DNA of 64,000 nucleotides from a virus. Lineage: Duplodnaviria > Caudoviricetes. The stretch's first letter is position 1, and every line of letters starts with the position of its first letter. The notes under the pieces were generated by a model. It ran no database searches. It saw only the letters and a program-made list of their open reading frames with translations, and was not told where the DNA came from. Position numbers and translations under genes: made by a program. Below are positions 47,730 through 55,135 of the stretch, one piece after another. The stretch lies in IMG/VR virus record IMGVR_UViG_3300046318_000318, one strand, 5' to 3'.

Positions 47730-48861
47730 CATTAATTAACTTCGGTGTGGTAAAACCAATCTTTGTATTTATCCTTTTTAACCCTGTGTGTCACTAAACC
47801 TTGCGATATTTTGAAATATCTAGAAGCATCAGCACATGAGTTAAAAAGAATTCCACCTGCAAATACCTTACGAGTGTTTGTTGGTGGGATACCTATTCTG
47901 TTTTCCCTAAGTTTTCTTTTTGTTTCTTCAGTATGTTTTCTATTGAAGAAAGAATTCTTAGAACCGGTTCTTAAACGTTGACGTGCTCTGATTTTTTCAA
48001 TTTGTTCTTCAGAAAGTTTACAACCTTTGTTGTAGCTATGACCTTTATGCATTAAAGATATAAGCTTTCTGGTTTCAACTGAATGTTGTCTTCCAAACAT
48101 TCCATTAGCTGAACCATTTTTACCCCAAAGGTTTTTTCTTTCTAAAACAGACATTGACGCTATATTTTTAGCTTGTGTTTTGTTTCTTCTGTCTAATATG
48201 TCATCACGTTTTGGATGATTAGATAAAGAATTGCCAAATTTAGAATTTAAACTTATATTAGCCAGTAGGTTTTTATTCAGACCTGTGTATGACTTTATTA
48301 TAAGCTTTTCCTCTAATTGAAAAGCTTCTTCCCTAGAACTACACGGAATAGAGGAAACTTTATAATCAGTTCCTTCACACCATGCTTCTTGTAAACGCAG
48401 ATTATGGTGATTGTTTCTTTTCAACGACCTAAAATGAGTTCGAAGTCTTTTCTTTAAATTTGACGTACTACCTATATAAAACACACCTGTTTTTGTTAAT
48501 GTGAGTATATAAACACAAAAATCATTACTGTTCATATAGATTCCTCGTTAGGATTACCATATAATGAACACAGCACTGCTTTACATCTCTGTAAAGATAG
48601 ATCATATCACCACCTTCAGCCTTACCTGTTAAGGGTTCCCCGTTTCGAAGCGATTCACATCGGTTCTACGTCTTTCGACTGATCGTTGAACTTTCTCCAG
48701 TTTAAAGGAGCTTAGCTGCTGATTGTCTCTACCTACTAATTTTCAAACACGTTACGTATGTGTTTTCACACTCCGCTTTGGTTTAGTAGTCTAACAAGGG
48801 TTTCCAGCAATTAGAGGAATTTTCAAATAGGTATTTCTACCTATACAGCGCTCAGTTATTA
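47730..48861 (-). ncRNA. Group I intron in thyA
   Basis: P1 CAGCGU/GCGCUG with U.G at the splice site; P10 ACUGA/UCAGU; P AAUUGCUGGAAA, Q AAUCAGCAG, R UCAACGAUCA, S GAUAUGAUCU (P7 GAUCA/UGAUC); P9 CUUUACA-GAGA-UGUAAAG; terminal G at 47730. Confidence 0.9.
47732..48535 (-). CDS. Intron-encoded GIY-YIG homing endonuclease
   Basis: CVY-x10-YIG, KKRLRTH, FQLEE, NUMOD3-like HSVETRKLIS/HTEETKRKL, C-terminal HTH. Confidence 0.9.
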   Translation of the reverse strand: MNSNDFCVYILTLTKTGVFYIGSTSNLKKRLRTHFRSLKRNNHHNLRLQEAWCEGTDYKVSSIPCSSREEAFQLEEKLIIKSYTGLNKNLLANISLNSKFGNSLSNHPKRDDILDRRNKTQAKNIASMSVLERKNLWGKNGSANGMFGRQHSVETRKLISLMHKGHSYNKGCKLSEEQIEKIRARQRLRTGSKNSFFNRKHTEETKRKLRENRIGIPPTNTRKVFAGGILFNSCADASRYFKISQGLVTHRVKKDKYKDWFYHTEVN

Positions 48862-49710
48862 ACGCTGGAACATAAGTAGGTTCAAACGCTTCTTACCACC
48901 TTCATTGAGAGCAGGTTGTACAAAGCATTGGAACATAACATGGCATGGTGCCAAAGCACCCATACCCAACAATACATTCAGATCAGGAGAAATCTTATTG
49001 TCAGGAATGAATTGTGGTAACCATGAGCTTACCACAAGACGTGAAGAATAAGGATTGTTTTTCAGTTCAGCCAGAAGAATACCTAATTGATCTACCTTAG
49101 AGACATAAGTCTTCTGAATGAAATCAGTCTCTGTGACGGGATCTGTTCCATCATCTTCTGCTTCTTTATAAGCAAGATATTCTTTATAAGCTTCTTTAAA
49201 AGCTTCTACTTTATCAGAAGGAATATCTTCGATAGGTGGTTTGTTTCTGAGAAGTTGGTGAATGTTACTCATCTCATCAGCAGGGGCATGGCGCCAGTTA
49301 AAGCCGTACAAAGGACCGATAGATCCGATACGCTCACTGATCTGTTCACGAAGTTTAGCCATGAGCATTTCATTACCGGCCATACTCTGACGATCTTCTT
49401 CTGATTCAAACTTAGACAAGAAATATTCCATGAACTTATCCACTGTTTTTTCAGTGACAGCCCAGTTATCCCAGATATGCACATTTGCTTCATTCAGCAA
49501 AGTGTTATCAATCTCACCAGCGATAAACCAAAGCAATTCTTCTTTCATACCTCGAAAGAAGATCTTACGAGTAGTGACCAAAGGAAAACCATCACTCATG
49601 TTGAATCGGACTTGTCTACCGAAGATAGATCGACGACCTACGCCGGTACGATCGGGATGATCATGTCCATTGTCACGGATATCCTTGAGGAGTTCTATAT
49701 AAGTCTTCAT
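48862..49710 (-). CDS. thyA: Thymidylate synthase exon 1
   Basis: DRTGVG, EELLWFIAG, HIWDNW, GPLYG..WR, SRLVVSSW, ALAPCH, ends MFQR. Confidence 0.92.
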
Positions 49711-49716
49711 GGTGGT

Positions 49717-50040
49717 TTATATGTTTTTAAAGATGATGTAAGAACCAAGACTGATGATTATCCAAGACAACAACATCAGCCAATAAATCATTTTCTCTCT
49801 TTGGTCTAACAGATAGCTTATGTCATCTTTAAGATCCAAAAGCTGATTAAGATCAGCAAGTTGAGATTCAATTTCAACGATGTCTGATGTCAGAGCATCT
49901 ATTTTCTTGTAACTCTGATTGATTCTTGTGTCTATACGTTTGCTATCTTTACCAATAGCAGCTTTAAGACCAGCCATAGATCTCTGCAGAGATGTTACAT
50001 CTACACCCACGTCAGCTTTATAACGATGATGTCTGGACAT
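49717..50040 (-). CDS. Coiled-coil protein with C-terminal membrane anchor
   Basis: Heptads then MIYWLMLLSWIIISLGSYIIF. Confidence 0.6.
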   Translation of the reverse strand: MSRHHRYKADVGVDVTSLQRSMAGLKAAIGKDSKRIDTRINQSYKKIDALTSDIVEIESQLADLNQLLDLKDDISYLLDQREKMIYWLMLLSWIIISLGSYIIFKNI

Positions 50041-50042
50041 AG

Positions 50043-50330
50043 TTAGTTAAAGTAAAGATTGACGACAAGAGCTGCAAAAATAGAACTTGTTATCGCCAGT
50101 GCAATAAGCATTCTTCTGACATTATCCAGCTGTTCCTGAAGAGCGTAGACGCTATTGCCCAATGATTCTAGTTTGAGGTTGGTACCTGCTTCAACAGTCG
50201 ACGCGTTGGTTTGGAGAATTATCAGCTTCGACTCCAGGTCTGTGATAGCTTTATTCAATTCTTCTTTACTAGCTGCTAAAGGTTTAGTTGTGGTGTTGCC
50301 GTTTGCTTCTTCAATAATGAGGTTTTCCAT
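50043..50330 (-). CDS. Coiled-coil protein with C-terminal membrane anchor
   Basis: Heptads then MLIALAITSSIFAALVVNLYF. Confidence 0.6.
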   Translation of the reverse strand: MENLIIEEANGNTTTKPLAASKEELNKAITDLESKLIILQTNASTVEAGTNLKLESLGNSVYALQEQLDNVRRMLIALAITSSIFAALVVNLYFN

Positions 50331-50340
50331 GATTGTTTCC

Positions 50341-50802
50341 TTAGGTTAAAAAACGTTTCCATTCATAAGGCATCCAGCATCTCTCTATGCCTTTAAACAT
50401 AGGAGCTATCTGCTCATGCTTATATCCAGCTAACCCTGTGCCTACCGCTGTGACAAAAAAAGTTTTGTCTTTGAGTATAGTGGTTACTATTCTAAAGGTC
50501 TCTACTCTTTTCTCTATTTCTTCTAGCGGTAGAGGTTGCAGCATATGTGACTTAGTAGGTAAGGCATAACAGTTACCCATTCTACCCTCACCTACACCGT
50601 AGATAGCTCCATAGTCTGTAGCAGCTTTAAGAGCAGCACCTTTACCATGTCTACCAGCTAGGTTAGAACCAAATACAAAAAGTATACTTGGGTAGAGGAT
50701 AATGTTGTTCTCAGGAAAGTAATATTTGACACCTTTTTCAATAGGTAGAAGTACAGTGTCATACTTCTTCATCATCTCAAAATCTATTTCAAAATTTGAC
50801 AT
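50341..50802 (-). CDS. Macrodomain-like protein
   Basis: FVFGSNLAGRHGKGAA and VTAVGTGLAG resemble the two glycine-rich macrodomain loops. Confidence 0.6.
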   Translation of the reverse strand: MSNFEIDFEMMKKYDTVLLPIEKGVKYYFPENNIILYPSILFVFGSNLAGRHGKGAALKAATDYGAIYGVGEGRMGNCYALPTKSHMLQPLPLEEIEKRVETFRIVTTILKDKTFFVTAVGTGLAGYKHEQIAPMFKGIERCWMPYEWKRFLT

Positions 50803-50839
50803 ATTTGTTTTCCATAATCAAAAAATGAAAGCTGTGAAT

Positions 50840-50883
50840 AAAAAAATAACACCCCCGGCCTGTGAGGGCTAGGGGTGTTATTT
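50840..50883 (-). terminator. Cassette terminator T6
   Basis: Identical to T2. Confidence 0.85.
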
Positions 50884-50884
50884 A

Positions 50885-51283
50885 TCAAGCTTGATGTGTG
50901 ATCCAAGCTTGAAGAGCCTGACCCATGGCCAGCTCTTCAGCACGTCCTGATCTCACATCAGGGAACTTTACATGGACCATGAACCACTTGATCGTGGCTC
51001 CTTCGGGCAATGTGGTTGCCCCTTCGGGCAGTCGTGGTCCAGAATATTGACCAACAATGATTGTCTCATTGCTGGTCAGGTCCACGGTCACCCGTGCAGC
51101 GGGGATTTCCACCCCCAGCTGCTGAGAAAATACAGAAGCTGTGTCGGCATGACCGACACAGCTTTCCACCCCTACCTCCAAAAACTCCTTGACTTCAGCC
51201 GGAGTGATTTGGATCACTTTGATGTCGGCGATGAGCGCCGACACCATGTTGAGACTGAAAGCGTTGCAAATTTTAATTGCCAT
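50885..51283 (-). CDS. acrIII-1: Cassette 6 cargo: DUF1874/AcrIII-1-like cyclic oligoadenylate ring nuclease
   Basis: NAFSLNM, SCVGHADTA (catalytic GH), LGVEIPAARVTVDL, GPRLPEG, as in the STIV B116 / SIRV1 gp29 / YddF family. Confidence 0.75.
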   Translation of the reverse strand: MAIKICNAFSLNMVSALIADIKVIQITPAEVKEFLEVGVESCVGHADTASVFSQQLGVEIPAARVTVDLTSNETIIVGQYSGPRLPEGATTLPEGATIKWFMVHVKFPDVRSGRAEELAMGQALQAWITHQA

Positions 51284-51377
51284 GAGTATCCCCTTAACCA
51301 GCAGTGTTACAGATGTGTAACTTAAACCACTAGCGATATCTCAAGTTAAGTTTATGTGATTGAAATATTCTCTAAGG
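51284..51377 (-). promoter_or_regulatory. Cassette 6 putative early promoter + structured leader + SD
   Basis: CTTAGAGAATATTTCAATCACATAAACTTAACTTGA...CTAGTGG-TTTAA-GTTACA-CATC-TGTAAC-A-CTGCTGG-TTAAGGGG. Confidence 0.85.
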
Positions 51378-51380
51378 GAT

Positions 51381-51420
51381 ATAAGAGATATCCTACCCTT
51401 AAGGGTAGGATATCTCTTAT
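51381..51420. terminator. Perfect 40-bp palindrome/terminator
   Basis: ataagagatatcctaccctt|aagggtaggatatctcttat. Confidence 0.75.
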
Positions 51421-52106
51421 TCTTGAAAAGCTATTTTGTACTTAGGTAACTTAAGCTGTAGAACATCGTGTACGTGATGTCTATTGATATCGCAAGCAGA
51501 TCTTAATCCGTATAAAGCTTTCTTGCTTTTTAAACAATAGTTCTCTACGTTATTGAACCACTTGGTAGAATCACAACCCTTAGCCAATCCACAAGCTCTA
51601 CGCTCATTGAACAACCCACCGATACCGCCATTGTAAGCAGCATCAGCCATGGCTATACGATCCATGTTGTCAGGTATCATAGACAGCTTGTTAAAGTTAG
51701 TCTTAGTTAGCAACACCATAGCTCTGATCTGTAGATCAGGTCTTTGATATACGTTAGACCAACTCAGCTCTTTCAGATCACTATGTCTGGTTTTCATTTC
51801 TGATAACAGATCGAATCTGACAGATCCATCTTGATTATAGGCTTTGGTGATTTGGCCTAAACCTGCTCCTTCTTCTCTGTCTGTTTTAAGACGAGAAGCT
51901 GGATTCCAACATTTACTGTGCTTTAAGCTTATGCAGCTTTCATGTTCTATAAGAGCGCCGAAATATGCTTGAGGTTTAAATCCAGGCATATAAAGATTGG
52001 CTTGATCTTTTACAACAGGGAAATACTGTTTGGCTTGTTCAGGGATGTAAAGACTCTGAGAAAAGGCAAGGGCTGACGTCATGGTGAGAGTCAGCCCTAA
52101 TCCCAT
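51417..52106 (-). CDS. Lytic transglycosylase (SLT-fold) endolysin with N-terminal signal
   Basis: IEHES catalytic Glu, GAGLGQIT, AAYNGG; TGATG coupling to upstream membrane gene gives start MGLGL at 52106. Confidence 0.8.
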   Translation of the reverse strand: MGLGLTLTMTSALAFSQSLYIPEQAKQYFPVVKDQANLYMPGFKPQAYFGALIEHESCISLKHSKCWNPASRLKTDREEGAGLGQITKAYNQDGSVRFDLLSEMKTRHSDLKELSWSNVYQRPDLQIRAMVLLTKTNFNKLSMIPDNMDRIAMADAAYNGGIGGLFNERRACGLAKGCDSTKWFNNVENYCLKSKKALYGLRSACDINRHHVHDVLQLKLPKYKIAFQE

Positions 52107-52468
52107 CAGTGCACCGCTGCGAAGATAAGGATGGCGATAGCTAAACATACGACACTCATCGCTATAGCGATTTTACCAGATCCATCTGCTGTCGTGATAG
52201 CTTTCTTAAACACTCGCTCCATGTCGATATAATCGAAAAGAGCTTTGCGTGAAAGATGCAGGATGGCTACGTATACGATAACCTTGAGGGTAATTACGAT
52301 AGTAGCTAATGTAGACCCACCAAAAGGCAGGTTACCAAGGATACCCAGATCAGGATCTGTCAGCATCCAAATAGCTAATACCAGTAAAGAACCCACACCC
52401 ATGTAGTAATGACGAAAACGCATAGAAGGTTCCTTCTTGACTTTAGGTTTCTTAAATAAACCGATCAT
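52106..52468 (-). CDS. Putative holin-like membrane protein (3 TM)
   Basis: Three hydrophobic helices, coupled to the endolysin. Confidence 0.55.
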   Translation of the reverse strand: MIGLFKKPKVKKEPSMRFRHYYMGVGSLLVLAIWMLTDPDLGILGNLPFGGSTLATIVITLKVIVYVAILHLSRKALFDYIDMERVFKKAITTADGSGKIAIAMSVVCLAIAILIFAAVH

Positions 52469-52477
52469 GCTCTAAAA

Positions 52478-53131
52478 TTAAGCTGCTTGGGTTGAATACT
52501 TCAGTTCAGGAAGCATGGTTGCAAACTCAAGCAGAGTCTTAGGCACAGGCTTAGCACCAGCACGCAACTCATTCTGCATAGTAATGCAGGTGGTCCACAT
52601 CAGATCACGAAGAACAATAAAGTCATTAGCCATACTTGCCCATTCTGGAACTGTAGAGTCTTTATAACTCACCAGAGAAATAACGCTGTCAAAACCGCTG
52701 GATTTGGCAAAGTCGTTCAGGATACCAGAAACATGCTTATCCACAGCAGTGGTCAATGCATCCATATAGCCTTCAGGAGCTGTAGAGATAAACTGATCAG
52801 CCACAGGGGCCACAGGAGAACCAGTGACAGGCAAAGCCATGCCAAAGCTGGTACCGTCCAAAGGACCTGGTATCCGATCACTGCGATTATACATCATGGA
52901 GAACAGATGTTCTAAACCATGATCCACCACGGTGTACTCCACAGCCACCGCATCACCAGCCAACTTCAAAGTCTCTTTGACGTATTGATAGATAGTGGTT
53001 ACAGGACGGACAGGTTTAACCACCTTTTTGTACCAGCTGAAAGGATGAGCGCGATTGCGGATGTGCATTTCATACACGGGGTACTCGATGATTTTGTCGT
53101 TATCGACACGAGCGTAAACGGTTTGTTCCAT
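52478..53131 (-). CDS. Tail fibre assembly/chaperone-like protein
   Basis: Follows the fibre gene; C-terminal ILNDFAKSSGFDSVISLVSY..S..PEW...A..F..LRD..W pattern. Confidence 0.55.
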   Translation of the reverse strand: MEQTVYARVDNDKIIEYPVYEMHIRNRAHPFSWYKKVVKPVRPVTTIYQYVKETLKLAGDAVAVEYTVVDHGLEHLFSMMYNRSDRIPGPLDGTSFGMALPVTGSPVAPVADQFISTAPEGYMDALTTAVDKHVSGILNDFAKSSGFDSVISLVSYKDSTVPEWASMANDFIVLRDLMWTTCITMQNELRAGAKPVPKTLLEFATMLPELKYSTQAA

Positions 53132-53166
53132 TTGAAAATCCTTTTGGAGAAAGTTAAAGAGTTACT

Positions 53167-55125
53167 TTAAGCAAAGATATAGGCTTTGCTGTTTTTAGAC
53201 GCTATAGGTGCCACCACACTATCGCCTGAAAGAGAAACAGAAGTACCAAACTGTTTATTGGCAGCTTTGTCACTTGCAAATAAACGATTACGTTCTACCC
53301 AAGAAACTCCTACCTTACTAAAGATATAAGCTTCACCACATTCAAACATAGAAGGTATGCTTTGCTTAGGAGCACCAACAATCAAAACATTGCCTTCAAA
53401 GTTAGTCTTCATAGATAACCCAAACAGGTTACTCATCAGACCATCAGAAGCCTGTATCTTGTTAGACACGCTCCAACTAGAGCCAGATCTCACGTAGTTA
53501 TACACAGCACCAAATCTCAAAGGAGCTGAACTCTCAGTAAAGGGCTGGCCTGTTGCAGATACAAACATGCTGCTTCCATCACTGTTTATTTCTACGCACG
53601 AACCAAAACTTCCTCTGGAAATATTCTCAGCACCAGCAGGAGAAATTCTTTGCTCCAACAACCAGGACGAGGCACTAGCTACGTAGACATAAGCAGCGCC
53701 AGACTGTTGAATGCTATCGTTAGTTTCACCTGAAGATCCAAAGATGACTCTTAAACCATCGCCGGATACAGCAACTGATTGACCAGCTGAGAAAGGTGGG
53801 CTTGCGGCTATTACGCTATTAGGCAACAGTTTAATCTGTTCTTGCCAAGAAGAACCTGTGCGTTTGTACATAACGCAAGCGCCTATTTTCAAAGCACCTG
53901 AAGAAGTATGTGTTTGACCAGGCGCACCAGCTGCTAATACAGATCCATTTTCAGATAGATCTAAAGACCAACCAAAATAACTGCCTACCTGAGACTCACT
54001 AAAGGTTAACTTAGCTTGTTGGTTCCAGTTGGTTCCTGATCTTGCAAAGATGTAAACAGATCCACTGCTGTTATTGTCATAAGGACATCCCACAGCTATG
54101 GTGTTACCATCTCCGGAAATACCTACGGTGTGTCCAAACATATCGTAAGAACCACCGTCACCAGCCAATAACTTAGAAGACTGTATCCAGTTACTGCCAG
54201 ACTTGGTATAGATCAAAACAGCACCAGCGTCAAAACCATTACTGGTATCTGCAAAATTACCAAATACAACAGTATTACCATTGTCAGACACAGCAACGGA
54301 TACTCTGCTTCTATCTTCAGCCATGTAAGCTTGTATTTCTACAGTAGGTAGATAGCTGTCTTTGGTTCTGAATTGCACAGGTCTTGACCAAATGCTGTCT
54401 GTGTAACCAGAAGCTTTATATCTCACTCTTACCCAGAAGTCTGTGTTTGCTATTAAGCTTGCACTAAAACTGGTTAAGTTACTGTTAGAGTTGTAAGATG
54501 AAGCTACTATGTTAGCCAAACTAAAGTTAGAGTTCGTAGCCACTTCCCAATCAGATTGAGCATGTGTACCAGTGCCGCTATCTACTTCAAAAGGGGAAGA
54601 ATAGAATGTAACACCAGGACCTAAGCTACCAGTACCCATTTGAGGAGCCAATAGCTGGGGTTGTATAACTGCATTGCTACCACTGGCTTTAACAGTAACA
54701 TCTATAGCCCTACCGTTAATTAAAAAACCAGCTTGGCCCACTGCGCCAGGAGCTATATAAGTTATCTCACCTGGATTGGTAGTCGTATTTAAAGTCACAG
54801 TACCTGTAGGGGCTGTGACTGTATAGTCTTTATCACTGCTATAGTCTGTTATTAAGTAAGTATTGGTAGAAGAAATGACTACACTTCTTGGACCTTTAAC
54901 ACTTACAGATAACAAATAAAGAGGTAAAAGATGATTAGGTAAATTACCAGCGTTGTCCAAACGTATAGGTTTGTTGATGTTGTCTATTTCAGATAGAGGC
55001 ACACCACCCAGTTTGATCAACGCATTAGGAGCTGTAGATGCATCAGTACCACCTAAGTCGATACCTACTGTCACACCTGGATCAAAATCCAAACCAGCTC
55101 TTAAGATGCTGCGTTTCATTCCCAT
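53167..55125 (-). CDS. Tail fibre with Fn3-like domain and FG-GAP beta-propeller
   Basis: Repeats DMFGHTVGISGDG..IAVG.P...GSVYIF.R.G..W.Q..KL; N-terminal module shared with 12114 and 16649. Confidence 0.7.
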   Translation of the reverse strand: MGMKRSILRAGLDFDPGVTVGIDLGGTDASTAPNALIKLGGVPLSEIDNINKPIRLDNAGNLPNHLLPLYLLSVSVKGPRSVVISSTNTYLITDYSSDKDYTVTAPTGTVTLNTTTNPGEITYIAPGAVGQAGFLINGRAIDVTVKASGSNAVIQPQLLAPQMGTGSLGPGVTFYSSPFEVDSGTGTHAQSDWEVATNSNFSLANIVASSYNSNSNLTSFSASLIANTDFWVRVRYKASGYTDSIWSRPVQFRTKDSYLPTVEIQAYMAEDRSRVSVAVSDNGNTVVFGNFADTSNGFDAGAVLIYTKSGSNWIQSSKLLAGDGGSYDMFGHTVGISGDGNTIAVGCPYDNNSSGSVYIFARSGTNWNQQAKLTFSESQVGSYFGWSLDLSENGSVLAAGAPGQTHTSSGALKIGACVMYKRTGSSWQEQIKLLPNSVIAASPPFSAGQSVAVSGDGLRVIFGSSGETNDSIQQSGAAYVYVASASSWLLEQRISPAGAENISRGSFGSCVEINSDGSSMFVSATGQPFTESSAPLRFGAVYNYVRSGSSWSVSNKIQASDGLMSNLFGLSMKTNFEGNVLIVGAPKQSIPSMFECGEAYIFSKVGVSWVERNRLFASDKAANKQFGTSVSLSGDSVVAPIASKNSKAYIFA

Positions 55126-55135
55126 GACACTTACC

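Noticed and set aside
47433-47732. Standalone 99-aa gene starting at ATG 47732
   Set aside because: It is thyA exon 2; the ATG is formed by the intron's terminal UG. Possible reinitiation is listed as a finding only.
48536-48861. tRNA or other RNA gene in the intergenic gap
   Set aside because: No cloverleaf; the region is fully explained by group I intron P/Q/R/S elements.
7391-51377. Dispersed repeats as a CRISPR array or IS ends
   Set aside because: Repeats are kilobases apart and flank genes rather than spacers; no cas, transposase or integrase gene and no target-site duplications were seen.
7984-51377. Cassette promoters as host sigma70 promoters (TATACT looks like a -10 box)
   Set aside because: No consistent -35 at 16-18 bp, and conservation extends through ATTTCAATCAC and TTAACTTGA, which fits a phage RNAP better. 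Not fully excluded without a rifampicin test.
12114-55125. DGR- or invertase-type tail fibre switching
   Set aside because: No reverse transcriptase or recombinase gene, and no near-identical template/variable repeat pair or inverted crossover sites seen; similarity between fibres is at protein level only.
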